This document shows, in pieces, positions 14,150-27,328 of a stretch of 64,000 nucleotides of DNA (the stretch's first letter is position 1; each line of letters begins with the position of its first letter). A program made the translations under genes and the position numbers. The notes under the pieces were generated by a model that saw only the letters and a program-made list of their open reading frames with translations, was not told the origin of the DNA and ran no database searches. Source of the stretch: Azolla caroliniana. Its lineage: Eukaryota > Plantae > Polypodiophyta. The stretch is taken from positions 5,642,001 to 5,706,000 of the forward strand of contig JBHGNT010000012.1 of the NCBI GenBank assembly GCA_043228905.1, read 5' to 3'.

Positions 14150-14417
14150 CATAGTATGAACCATACGCACATTCGCATTCGTGAATGTTTCAATCATTCG
14201 CGTAAGAAAAACACCCTCAAAGAATGATCAAAACCATACTTTTGGATTAACTATTTATTATGAGGTAAATAAGCCTAATAAATGGTAAAAAACAAAAGAA
14301 AACATTAAAAATTGGGAGAAAAAAAAACACAAGAAATGTTTGAATAACATTCGCATTCTTTTCCCAACGTAGGAAAACGAATGTTATGGTAGACGAACAC
14401 GAATTTTACGTACTACG
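14150..14417. mobile_element. MITE of the same family as 9787-10107, in the promoter region of the KH/CCCH gene
   Basis: Starts catagtatgaaccatac, shares the accatactttt and gaaaacgaatgtt blocks, ends gtactacg. No clear TSD. Confidence 0.6.
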
Positions 14418-14780
14418 CTTTGGACAATTTACTATTCTTCTTCTTCTTCTTCTTCTTCTTCTTCTGTATGATACATACATAGTATATGCTTCATTGACCT
14501 AATAATCATTCTCTGTTTTTCTCTGTGCCCTAAACCCCACCTGTGCGAGCGTGCGTATCAGAGATTTGTTTCCGCGGGCGAGGGAGATCCGACAGAAACA
14601 CAGAGGCCCCCCTCAGTCTTGAAAAACTCAGAGACAGATAGCCAGACTGCGTATCCTTGATCCTTTCTCCGTCGTCTGTGTTTCCGCGATTCGTCTTCCT
14701 TCACCTTTCCTTCTTCGTCCATCGTCCTTCTTTCATCTCCTTTTCGTCGTCTTCTTCTTCTTCTTCTTCTTCTCCTGCCG

Positions 14781-17700
14781 ATGTTCGCCATGGAATCTGT
14801 GGTTGCACCAGATCGCAAAAGATCACGGCCTGATGCGGCCAATGGATATCACACTCCAGGTATTTGTTTCTGAGAAGCTACGGTTTCCCGGATTTGTGCC
14901 AGTTTCATGTTTCTCCCGAGTTTTGCCCTAATCTCACACGTATACTACCTTTGTCGTAATGCACGGCTTGTTTTCTGTGCTTGACGATGAATACACAGGG
15001 AAATTTCCCACAAGTATTGAGCTTTAAGTTACGTATATCTATGTGTGCGTTCTCATGTCCATGTGACTGTTATGTTTATTTATGTATTCTCAGAGAAGTT
15101 AGGGGCACATGGCTGCAAAAGTGTGCCTTTTTTTGCATGTATTTGCGAGTTTGTATGCCTGGTATGTATTTACTGAGAAGCTAGGGAGAAATGGCTGCAA
15201 AAATGTCTTTTTTTCTGGATGTATTTGCGAATTTGTATGCCTTGTATGTATTTAATGAGAAGTTAGGGAGAAATGGCTGCAAATTTGTGTCTTTTTTTCA
15301 TGTATATGAATTTTTTAGGTATGTTTGCATGTTATGGTAAGTTAGGGGGAAAGGCTGCAAAAATTTATCTTTTTTTTCATTTATATGAGTTTGAAAGTCT
15401 ACCTATGTATCTGACAAGAAGTTAGAGTGAACTGACTGCTAAAGTGTTGTTGTTTTGATGCGTCTGTGTATGGATTCACTAAGAAGTTAAGGTGAGGTGA
15501 CTGTATGATTGTGTCTACTAGTTAGAGTGGAATGGTTGCAAAATTGTGGCATCTGGTTATGTGTATACAAGTCTGATTGATCAGAACACAAGCAATGTTT
15601 GAAGCAAGCAAGCATGTATATATTTATTTTCCCAAAAGTAGGACGAAATAGGTGCAAATTATTTGCTTTTGTTCTATATATATGAGTCCAATATGTCAGC
15701 GCATGTACTTTCCACAAAGCTGGAGTAAAGTAGTTGCAGACCATACTTTGTCTCATAGATTTAACTCTGATATTTCTGTGCATGTATTTTCCAAAAAGCT
15801 GGAGTGAAATAGTTGCGAATTATGCTATGTATATTTTTGAGTATAGCGATGTATGTCTTTTCTCTGAAGGTTAAGGCTGAGATTTGTGCATATAATGTCT
15901 TTATATGTGATGGTTTAATTATCTACTTATGGGTTCACTGAGAAGTTAGGAGGATATACATGAGCAACGTGTCTTGGTAACAAAACTAGCAAAACGATCT
16001 CCCCTCCAGAAAAAAAGGATAGAAGAAATAACAGAAAGTAAAAAAACATTTAAGGGCGTTTCTTGAATTTTAAGGTCTTCCAATATGTCTTATGATTTGC
16101 ATTGAAGCTGACCCTATGTTTTAGTTTGGTGGTGGTTTGTGTATGTCTCTCTCTTAATTGTTTATATGAGAATTTTAAAGGCGTGATATTTTGCAATAAC
16201 TTAATTGTGGTTTTTCTTACTCTTTTTGAACAGAAATTAGATTAACACCATGCCAATGTATTAAGAGATTTATATGTATTATATAGATACATGCATACAT
16301 GTAAATATGTGCAAGCATTGTTGTATGCTTAAATATATGCATTAATGTATATACATATGTATGCGTTTATACATACTAAACTTCAGGCATTGTATATGGC
16401 TGTGAAACCTTAGACCCATTCTGGCAGAATAATCAGAACAGAAAGTTTTTGGAGATGTGCTTGATATATATCTCGATATGTAATTGTTTTTGAGAACAGA
16501 TTTCAGGATCTGTAGCATGTCAAGTTATTTATCTCAACGCTGCCCTAGCTACACAACGGATGTTCCCTTATTTGCAATAAGAAATTCGTGTGAATACTGG
16601 CTATGTATGTGTTACGTAGCTATAATTCTACTCTCAGAGAAGTTAGGGTTTCTGTTTATTTAGCATAAAATGTTGTTTTGATTGTCCTAACTGCACACAG
16701 ACATTCCACCTGTCAGAATCTAGTGTTTTTTTATTTGTGCCTGATGAAATAATAGGAGAAATGATTGCAAATAATTTATATGAGGCACCAAATGTTACTG
16801 CAATTTGCACAAAGTTCTTTCATTAGATATATTATGCCATATCCTCCTTTCTTTGTGAGAGAAATGAGCTCATCATGTTTTGACAGTAGACTGGAGTTTA
16901 GATGCATGATGAAAAAACCAGAGTTTGGTTTAAAATTGTGACAGAATATTGATGCCATTATGTTCTTGTCTTTTATAGGTGCTGCTGCATCCGGGCAAAG
17001 TGTGTCAAAGCCATGCTTGAAGTTCTTCAGGTTAGTTTGATGATGTGACATGAATACTTTTGCTGACGATTGTTTGAACAAAATGCCTTTTGGTGAGCCC
17101 TAATCTGTTGCATTTATTTTGCTTGGCAATCTCACAGTACATGTGGTTGTCCTTATGGAGAAGGATGCCATTTCTCTCATTATGTGCCCGGGGGGGTTTC
17201 TTCCTTTACAACAGGAATTGCCCTTAAAACAACAGTAAAAGCACCAAGTCTAAATGCGCAACCTTCCTTGGTTGCTCCCCATGTTGCTTCAACCACCCAT
17301 TCGGCTAATGGGGGAGGCGGTGCTAATTTAGGAGGCTTTAAAAGTCGACTTTGTAAGCAATTTGGTACATCTGAGGGTTGCCGGTTCGGTGATAAATGCC
17401 ATTTTGCTCATGGAGAGAGAGAGCTAAAGATTACAAGCAATGCCCACGTGGAAGCACCCAAAGGTATGGCTTCAAATGCTTTTGTTGCTTCCATCATGTT
17501 TGGGGAACCACCTAAAGGTATGGTTCCTAATGGAATTGTTTCCACTGTGATGGTCTCAGAGCCACCTAAAGGTATGGTTCCAAATGGTTACGGTGCTGCC
17601 ATGATGGTCAGCGAGCCACCTAAAAGTATCGTTCAGAATGGCTATGTTGCTCCCATGATGGTTGGGGAACCACCTAAAGGTATCATTGCAAATGGAAGCT

Positions 17701-18155
17701 TTTCTATTCCAATGACCAGTAACCATCCTCCTGCAGTTATTCCTTTCCCTCGGGAGCCACCTCCACCGGGGATTGTTAGCTCTTCTTCGTCAATCGATAA
17801 AATCACCATTGACGCTGCCATGGCAGGGATAATTATTGGTAAGGGTGGTATGCATGCGAAAGAGATAAGTCGCATTACAGGAGCAAAGCTTGCGATTCGG
17901 GATCATGAGAGTGATCCTAACCTTAGGCATGTTGAGTTGGAAGGAACTTTTGATCAAATTAAATGTGCTAATCAGATGGTCCGAGATTTATTAATCAATA
18001 AGGACCCATTACCCCCCAAAAATGCAGGTTCAAATCCTCACAATTTCAAGACAAAGCTATGTCAAAATCATGCTCAAGGCACATGTACATTTGGAGAACG
18101 ATGCCACTTTGCTCATGGAGATGCTGAATTGCGTAAACCTTCTTTACCAGCATGA
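14781..18155 (+). CDS. CCCH zinc-finger (x3) + KH-domain RNA-binding protein (KHZ/C3H36-C3H52-like); exons 14781-14859, 16979-17030, 17138-18155
   Basis: In-frame GT-AG splicing. The three fingers are CLKFFSTCGCPYGEGCHFSH, CKQF...CRFGDKCHFAH and CQNH...CTFGERCHFAH. The KH domain has the GxxG loop in IIGKGG. Confidence 0.92.
15091..15480. repeat. Degenerate ~82-bp tandem repeat in intron 1 of the KH/CCCH gene
   Basis: gagaagttaggg...atggctgcaaa recurs about 5 times, with more decayed copies out to ~16650. Confidence 0.75.
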
Positions 18156-19929
18156 TTTAGTCTGTCTGTCTTAAAATGTGGTGGTTCAGGTGATGACTTT
18201 GTGGATTAACGTTTTTCGCATTTCTATTAAGTAAAAAGAACAAGGAAGTCACCTTCACATTTCTATTAAATCGTGAAGCCGAAAAGGAATCAATCACATG
18301 AGGAAAATCTAAAGAAGCTTCATATAAAAGGAAGTATTGTAATTTGTCAGAGCTTATGATGTGAAATGAACCTCAGAGGATGGCAACCTAACCCTTTCAT
18401 TTCATCAAACTAATGGGAAAAATTTTCGATGTAGTTAACTACTTCAGTTTTTAAAATTTCCTAAATATATGGATGTAATGAAGACAAAAAAGAATGCACT
18501 CTGATCAATCTAAATGATGCGTGTCTGTTATATGTCATATCTTTAAATATGCATTCTGAGAATCTGCATGATTGTGTTAGCGTGCAAGTATCGGTTTCTG
18601 GACAAATGCACAAGAAAAGGAACATTTATTTTCTCTGATGTTTTTTGTATTTCCTGAAGAGGTATAAAATCATAAATATATAAATGCTTAGATTAGACAA
18701 TCACATTCAGAGTTAAAACCATTTGTGATGACATGCTATTTTTATTCTTGATAGTGCATACAGTAGTTATATTGAACATACAGATGAAAAGTTTACACTG
18801 TTTGTGTATTTCTCTGTTTTCTGCTGCAGATAGTGCATTTTTTGTGTATATTGTTCAGCAGTTAAAACTAATTATAATGCGATATTTTGTCTTCAGTTCA
18901 AACCTATTTCTAATGACATGTATATGCGTCAGAATCTTCTTGCTTTCCATAATGCATAAATTGGTTTATAAATAGCAATAATTTTAAACTAATATGCCTC
19001 ACTTATTTGTACTTTAGCTAGGTAGTCCATACACTTTGTGGGCATGTTTTCTTTCAGTTTTTAACCATGCAGGAGTAATAAGTAAATGACTTCTTTGTGA
19101 GAAGCTTTCCTTTGGGGGCTTGTCGGTGTAGCAATGCTGTTCAGGTAAAGGTTGCATCTGCGTTTGTTTTCAGATCCGTATTCTTTTGGAGTAAATAAGC
19201 TTGCCAAGCTCCAATGTAAATTAACTTACTCTTCTGGATTCTTTGGCCCACATTTTGCAAACAAATCCTCTCAGAAAGTCTTGTATCTTTGCAAGAGGCA
19301 CATGGTTTCATTATCAAAGTTGGTTTTTGATATAATACTTCCACCAATGTTTAATCTTGGGTTTTATTTTATGAGCTTTGAGTCACGGTTTCAAACACAT
19401 ATTTTCTATATGTCCTTATATACCATAATTTGTAGCAAGTTCCGAGAGCGAGGTCATTCTTGATGATGTGTATTGTGTCAATATTGAAGAGCTGTTGGCT
19501 ATAAGTCACCAGACTGATGTTTAAGTGTGCTTTAGATGGTTTTAATGACAATGATGTACGTTACTATGGGCTAGATATGTTATTATATTTTGATATGCCC
19601 AATGCCTTGGATCAATAATTCATGGAGATAAATGCTTCTATATTTAGGGGGCGATATATTTTATTATATTTGGATATGCCTGATGCCTTGGATCAAAATA
19701 TAAAGAGTTCATGGAGATGAATGATTATATATTTAGGTCTGACTTGAGGTGTATCTATAATTGATTTGGGGAATTTAATTTGATCCATTCCAACTTCCAA
19801 TCTTATCATAAATTTTTTTGTGAATAAGGAATTGTGTATTATCTCATTATTCAATTCTATGGAGTGAATCACAATCACATATTCAGAATGAATGTGTAAA
19901 TTTTGAGTGAATAATGAGAGTGATAAGTG

Positions 19930-20296
19930 AGTTGGAAAGACCAAAGAGGTGGGAACAAAAATGGGGTCGATGTTGATTTATTACTAATTAATGGGGCAAT
20001 TTGTAAGGAAACATATGGAAAAGCCAAAAGTGGGACTACTCTAGTGATGGTGCATAACTCTCGTTGTTGTGTGCTTGTTTGTGTGTATCTATCTATCTGC
20101 TTATGTGTATGCATATACATATACATGATAGATGCACACACAGATAAACACATGAACAAGAGTAAGTATCATCACTAGAGTAGGCCCCACTTTTGGCTTT
20201 TCCATATGATTCCTTACAAATTTCTCCATTAATTATTAATATATCAATCACTACCTCTACCCCATTTTTGTTCCCACCTCTTTGGTCTTTCCAACT
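19930..20296. repeat. ~370-bp near-perfect foldback (MITE-like or hairpin RNA locus)
   Basis: agttggaaagaccaaagaggtgggaacaaaaatggggt is matched by its reverse complement, and pairing continues almost to the centre at ~20110. Confidence 0.85.
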
Positions 20297-20621
20297 ATAT
20301 ATATATATATAGATTCTATTATCATTTTCAAAGTCAATCATGATCTATGAGACCAAATTGGTAAGTTTTTCAAATAAGCATTTGAAAGGTAGTGGCGACC
20401 CTTGATGTCCAAGAACTTTACTAATGAATCTCACAATGGAAAGTGCACATTGTGATTATCAGGGAATTTGTGCATGGATTGGGTTTGGTTTAAAATGTGT
20501 GGAAAGCATAGAAGTGATCCACTATCAAAGTATGATACTTATGTATGTCAAAGTGTGCATAGTTGATTGCTCTCATCACTTGTATCGTAATTGTGAGCTA
20601 GCGACTCTCAATGTTCAAGAA

Positions 20622-23600
20622 TGAAGAGGAATGCACGGAATATTGCTCGGCCACAACCGAGTAGTAAATCACTTCTATAAGAATCAAACATAGAAATGGG
20701 AAGTGGAGAGTACACAAGAAAATGACACAAGATGTTTACGTGGAAAACCCTAATAGGGAAAAACTACGGGAGCCCACAAACTCTGAACTATCACTATGAA
20801 GAGAAGGGGTACAATCAGAGACTTGGAGGCAACGACCTCGAGCTCTGTTTCTTCGCACAGTGGTGGTTACAACCGAGTATCGCTATTTATCTCTCTCTCT
20901 CCCCCTCTCTCTCTATACAACTATTACAACAATATGACAACAACACAATCACACCTAAAGTGATTACCCTAAGTCATATGTATAGTTATATGAATTTAGG
21001 GCTATTTACAAATATAGACTCAATGGGCTTATTCAAGACATATTACAAATCTGTCTTCTCTTTTGGTTCTCACCGGGTCCACCGATTCGGTTTTCGGATC
21101 TCTTTTGGATCTCTTCTGGTTCTCATCGGCTCTCTTCTGGTTTCCGGATCTCTTCCTGTTCTCACCGGGTCCTCTTTATTCATCACCGGATCCCATCCGA
21201 AGAGACCGATTTCCCAACAATCTCCCCCTTCACTCTGGTATGGGATGTCTTGTAAGTCCGATCCGCTTTCGGCATGCGTCCAGCTTGTCGGGTGTCAGCA
21301 CCTTGGTCAACATATCCGACTTGTTCTCCTCCGTGTGGATCTTCGTCAGCACGAACTCTCGATCTTCAACTCGCTCCCGGATCTAGTGGTACTTGTGCTG
21401 GATGTGCTTCGTTCTAGAATGGTATGCCGCGTTCTTTGCAAGGTGGATGGCACTTTGACTGTCGCAGTAGAGCTGGTATTCCTCTTGTAGGATCCCTAGC
21501 TCTTCGATGGAGTCCTTCATCCATAATATTTCCTTGCCGGCTTCCACGACTGCCATGTACTCTGCCTCCGTGGTTGACAACGAAACCGTCTTCTGCAGCC
21601 TCAACTACCATGAAACGACTCCCCCTGCATAGGTCATGACATATCCGGAAGTTGACAGGCTAATGTCCACATCAACCGACATATCTGAATCGGTAAATCC
21701 TTCCATGAGGGGTTTATCGGAGCCGAATTGAAGGCACATACTCGAAGTGCCCTTCAAGTACCGAAGTATCCATTTTACTGCATTCCAGTGCTCTTTTCTG
21801 GGGTTGGTCATGAATTGACGTACACACCACTCCAACTGCGTATCCAATATCCGGTCGAGTACACACCATTGCGTACATCAGGCTCCCGATCGCAGAGGCA
21901 CATGGAATCTTCATCATATCCACCTTCTCTGCCTTTGTCTTCGGGCTTTGCTTACCGGATAATCTGCAGTTTGCCAGGAGTGTCGATCCGACCGGTTTTG
22001 CTTCTAACATGTTAAATCGCTGAAGCACCTTTGTCACATACTTTTCCTGTGACAGCCACAATTGCTTCTTCGATCGGTCCCAGATGATGTGCATCCCTAG
22101 TATCTATCTTGTCGGACCCAAGTCTTTCATTGAGAAGGTCTGGTTAAGGGTCTTCTTCAACATCTGTATCTTGACTTGGTCTCGTCCAACAATCAACATG
22201 TCGTCCACGTACAGGAGCAATATCAAGAAATCTCCTCCATCAAATTTCTTCACAAACACCCAATGATCGGCCTGCGTCTTGTGGTACCCTTGATCGGTCA
22301 CGAAGGAGTCAAACTTCCGGTACCATTGTCGGGGAGCTTGCTTCAGTCTGTATTGGCTCTTCTTCAGCCGACACACCAGGTACTCCTTCCCTTTCTTCTC
22401 AAATCCTTCCGGTTGATGCATGTAGATCTCTTCTTCGAGGTCTCTATGTAGGAATGTCGTCTTAACGTCTAGTTGCTCTACCTTGAGGTCCATACTTGCT
22501 GCTATGCCCAATACCGTCCGAATGGATGTCATCTTTACTACTGGGGAAAAGATCTCATCAAAGTCCACTCCTTTCTTCTGCTTGAAGCCCTTCACCACAA
22601 TTCGGGCCTTATACTTTGGTGGATTCCCGGCGTCTCCCGGTTTCAGCTTGTACACCCACTTGTTCTGGAGTGCCCTCTTTCCTTTCGGCAACTCCACCAA
22701 TTTGTATGTGTGGTTATCATGCAAGGAATCCATCTCATCTTGCATGTCACTCAACCATTTGCGGTTGTGGGTGTCTCCCCTTGCTTCTTCAAAGCTTTCC
22801 GGCTCCTCCTCATCGGTTAGCAACACATGTTCTGCATCCGAAAATCTTCGGGGAGCTCTTCTCTCTCAGAGAGGATATCTCCGTCCTTGGTTTCTGACTG
22901 TCGGTTCCTCTGTTTGTTCCTCATCCTCATCCGATTCGGGATCTTGTCCGGTTCTGGTGTCTTCTTCTTCTTCTTCTTCTTCTTCTTCTTCGGTCGGTTC
23001 GATTTCCTATCCGTATCCGGCTGGTTCGTCGAGTGTCATCCGGATACCGACTAACATCCGGTTTTCAACCAGGTATATCCTTTTGTCCTCAAGCCGGTTT
23101 TCAATCCGTATCCGGCTGGTTCATCGAGTGTCATCCGGATACCGACTAACATCCGGTTTTCAACCGGGTATATCCTTTTGTCCTCAAGCCGGTTTTCAAT
23201 GGATGATCCAGAGTTCGTTACCTTCTTCTTCAACTCCCAATCGGCAATGGTCCTGTCTTCCATGAAGACTATGTCCCGACTCCGGAACACCTTTCTGTCG
23301 ACCAGATCCCAAACCCGGTAACCAAACTCATCATCGTCGTATCCAAGGAATATGCATGGTCTTCATCGTTCCGGATGCTACAAAACTTCATGACACCGTT
23401 CCGGATGCTACTTTTGTAGCCTTCATCATCTAACTGACCGACTGATATCAGGTTCAGTCGAACCTCTGGAATGTGTCGAACATCCTTCAACAACAACTTG
23501 CATCCGACTGATGTCGTCAACAACACATCTCCTATGCCGATAATTCGACATGTCCCTTCATTCTCCATCTGGACACAACTGTGCTCACCGGTTGTGTAGG

Positions 23601-25222
23601 ATGAGAAGCATTTTCGGTCCAGGGTAAGGTGGAACGACGCTCCGGAATCGACAACCCACGTTGTCTCGTCGACGACAAGGTTCAACTCACTCTCCTCGGT
23701 GATGAGCATTAGTTCTTCTTCACTTGCCGCGATCGCCATCGTTCCCTTTCGGTCTCGGCCTCGCCGATCCAAACCGTTTCGGTCCGGTGACTTCTTCGAA
23801 TCGGTATTGTCGGTTCCCTTGTCTTTCCGGAAATGCCGACAGTTCTTCTGGAAGTGCCCCGGCTTGCCGCAATAGAAGCAAGTGGGCATCCCCCTTGACT
23901 TTGATCGTGGCCCCGACTTTTCCCAGTTCTAGGGACTCCGATTCCTTTGTTTTCTACGTTCCGATTCGGTAAGGAGGGCTTTGGCATCAGAGATCACCTC
24001 CTTGTCTTTCCGACGTGCCTCCTCATCTAGCAAGCTCGACTTGACTCTTGCTAGGGATAACGGTTTTCCTTCCGGCCCGACGTTACCCAACGTGACAACT
24101 AACGTTTCCCAGCTATCCGGGAGGGAATCAAGCAGGAGTAGAGCAAGTGCCTCATCAACGAGAGGTACTTCCAATGAGGTTGCTTGGTGTATCAGCCCCC
24201 GGAAAGCATTCATGTGCTCCGCCATACTAGAGCCGTCTTGGTACCGGAGCCTCACTAGCTTCTGAAATATCGAAACCTGATTAATGGCATTCTTGTTCCG
24301 GAACATGATGCCGATCTTCTCCCAAAGTTCATGTGCCTTGCTCTCTTCATTGAAGTTGTTGTACAGGCTCATGTCGATGAAGCACCGGATGTATGCCTTC
24401 GTCTTCACGTGCATCACCTCCCACACCGTGGCGTTGATCTTATCTGGTCTCTTGTCCCCGAACTGAACCGACAACCAAAGATCTTTAACCACCAATATGT
24501 CCCTCATCTTCGACTTCCACACTGAGTAGTTGGAGCCGGTGAGCTTGAACATGCCGCCATAAGATTCTTCCATTTTCTGTGTTGTTAGCTTTGATACCAG
24601 TTTGAAGAGGAATGCACGGAATATCTCTCGGCCACAATCGAGTAGTAAATCACTTTTATAAGAATCAAACACAGAAATGGGAAGTGGAGAGTACACAAGA
24701 AAATGACACAGGATGTTTACGTGGAAAACCCTAATAGGGAAAAACCATGGGAGCCCACAAACTCCGAACTATCACTATGAAGAGAATGGGTACAATCAGA
24801 GACTAGGAGGCAACGACCTCAAGCTCTGCTTCTTTGCACAATGGCGGTTACAACAGAGTATCACTACATATCTCTCTCTCTCTCCCTCTCTCTTTGTACA
24901 ACAATTACAACAATATGACAACAGCACAATCACACCTAAAGTGATTGCCCTAAGTCATATTTATAGTTATATGAACTTAGGGCTATTTACAAATATAGAC
25001 TCAATGGGCTTATTCAAGACATATTTACAAATCTGTCTTCTCTTCCGGTTCTCACCGGGTCCATCGATCCGGTTTCCGGATCTCTTCCGGATCTCTTCCG
25101 GTTCTCACCGGCTCTCTTCCGGTTCTCATCGGGTCTCCTCCAGTTTCCGGATCTCTTCTTGTTCTCATCGGGTCCTCTTTATTCATCACCGGATCCCATC
25201 CGAAGAGACCGATTTCCTAACA
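20622..25222 (-). mobile_element. Ty1/Copia LTR retrotransposon 1, degenerate, integrase core deleted
   Basis: LTRs 20622-21219 and 24603-25222 (TG..CA), TSD AAGAA, iMet PBS at 24588-24599 and PPT at 21220-21229. Coding remnants: gag with CFYCGKPGHFQKNC, protease VDSGAS, RT YVDD and RNase H. Confidence 0.95.
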
Positions 25223-25794
25223 AAGAACATTAAATGTCCCAATTCAGAGTGCACATTGCGATTGTGAGAGAATTGGCGTCTGGTTGAAAATGTATGGAAA
25301 GCATAGATGTGATATAAGGCCAAGCATCTATATTAGTGTGGTACTTATTTAGGGCAGAGTGTGCATAATCGATTACTCTTATCACTTGTACCCTAAGTGT
25401 GAGCTAAGTCGTGGGATGCTAGATAATGGAATGGGTTCCAACATGCATTGATGTGTGTGTTCCTAATTTGTTGAAGAACATGGTTTTGTAGTTAGGTGCA
25501 ACATGTGGTATAATGTAATGTGTGAAGATGAGCCGCCACATTTTTCTTATGTTATGTTGTGGCCATGATGTAACATGAAGGTGTAAGTAGAGAACAAAGT
25601 AGAAAATGATGTAAATATGTAAAAAAATCTGAAAAATATTAAAATAAGAGAAGATGTAGGGTTCAAATATTGGAATGTGCGTTTGGATACTAACTACTTT
25701 TAAAACATTTTAATGGAGGGCGAGAGGATGAACATTTAATGCAATAGGTAACCCCTTGGCTCACTATAAAAAGTGTTGAGATCATTTTGGGTTT

Positions 25795-26112
25795 TAACGT
25801 TTTAAGAGATTTAGGTGCTCAAACTTTTTAGAGGTCCTTTATTTCTTGATTTTAGGGGTTGTAAGATATTTTCTTCTCCATCTTCTTGAGTTTAGGGTTC
25901 TTGTATGTGGCATGAGAATAGCTTCCAGAAACTTCGCTTCCTTCTTCTTTGGGATTCAATGTTTTAAGGGGTTTAGGTTCTCAAAGGTTTTAGAAGTCTT
26001 TTATTTCTTGATTTTAGGGCTTGCGAGATACTTTCTTCTCCATCTTCTTGAGTTTAGGATTCTTGTCTATGGCGTGAGAGTAGGTATCGAAAATTTCTCT
26101 TCCTTCTGCTTT
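25795..26112. repeat. Tandem duplication, ~165 bp x2
   Basis: tatttcttgattttaggg...ttcttctccatcttcttgagtttagg occurs twice. Confidence 0.8.
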
Positions 26113-26249
26113 ACTTGGGTTATTTACTGTGTTTTTTGCTCAAAGGAAGGGGAGAAAGACGGAGAAGTACATACACCCACCATTTGTCTCATTTTGAGCC
26201 AAACCCCATATGTTCAAATGGACGACGTCAAGTAGGCCTTTACTCACGT

Positions 26250-27180
26250 TCCTTTCACTCGAGAATGGATGCCTATGTTGCTTGCCTAGCTGGCACGCCT
26301 CGCATACCTTATCAGGATTTTTCGAAGTAAATCATGGCAATCCGTGCACAACTCCTTTTTTTTGCATTGATCATAGTTTACCAAGGTTTACATGGCCAAC
26401 CATTTTGTGCCATAACTTGATATTGGAGTCAACCTTGAGTCCCTTTGTATACATCATTGTGTTCACCTCAATCAGGTCAATGATAAACATGTGAACTTCT
26501 CTTCTTGCATGAGCAATAAGTTGATCCTTATCCTTGATGAAACAATCTTCTTGGTTGAATCGTACTTGCATTCCTTGTTCGATAAATTTGGCCAATCAAG
26601 ACCAAATTCTTTGTGATTTTTGGGACATGTAGTACATCCTTGACGTAGCCCTTGTTGTCATGATTGTTAAAGGTCACATCTATAATGTGCTCAATCGTGT
26701 GTGTGGAGTCATCATTAGGAGTCATCATTAGTCTCCACCATGTCAGGTTTCTTAAGTTCCCTCAAATTCATGAACCATTCTTGATGACTTGTTATGTGAT
26801 TTGAGATGCCTATGTCCATGAACCAGACATCATTAGGGTGGGAAGTGCTTACTGTCATGATATTCTCTTGGTGTCACATAACAAACATTGACTCTTTCTT
26901 ATCTAGACCAACCATCGCAACATAGTTCGTTTCCTACCGGGGTGAGGCAACCAAGTCATTCTTCTTCTTCCGACACTCTGCTTTAAACTGGCCAAGCTTT
27001 CCACAATCCATGAACTCAATTTGTTGGTTTTACCAAGTTGATGTAGGCTAGTGGAAGCTCCCCCTTCTGCCGAAATTCCCTCGGTTGCTTTGAACATGTT
27101 TGCATTTTGAAGTGGAAGGATCGCACACAAATGCAAGGATAAGGAATATTTCATTTGATTTTAGGGGTTTTTTAACCATC
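26250..27180 (-). pseudogene. Copia gag-end/protease/pre-integrase remnant
   Basis: Frameshifted fragments KDVLHVPKITKNLV and LWHKMVGHVN. Confidence 0.75.
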
Positions 27181-27328
27181 TCACAAAACATGTTGATTCC
27201 AGTATCCCATGTGCTCAAATATTCAATGGAAAAGCTTAAAATTTCACAATTTCATAAATTTGAAAATTCACAAAATTAGGCCAAATACGAAAAGTTACAT
27301 TGTGTTTTTTACCGTAAAATTGACAACT

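Noticed and set aside
19927-20341. Similar WKDQRGGNKNGV peptides on both strands
   Set aside because: Artefact of the inverted repeat.
20732-21490. 252-aa plus-strand ORF and its 184-aa twin at 24713
   Set aside because: Antisense reading of the Copia LTRs; the two copies frameshift relative to each other.
20440-25410. Similar ~170-bp blocks on both sides of Copia 1, suggesting an outer LTR pair
   Set aside because: With Copia 1 removed they form an old tandem duplication with no TG..CA ends, PBS or PPT.
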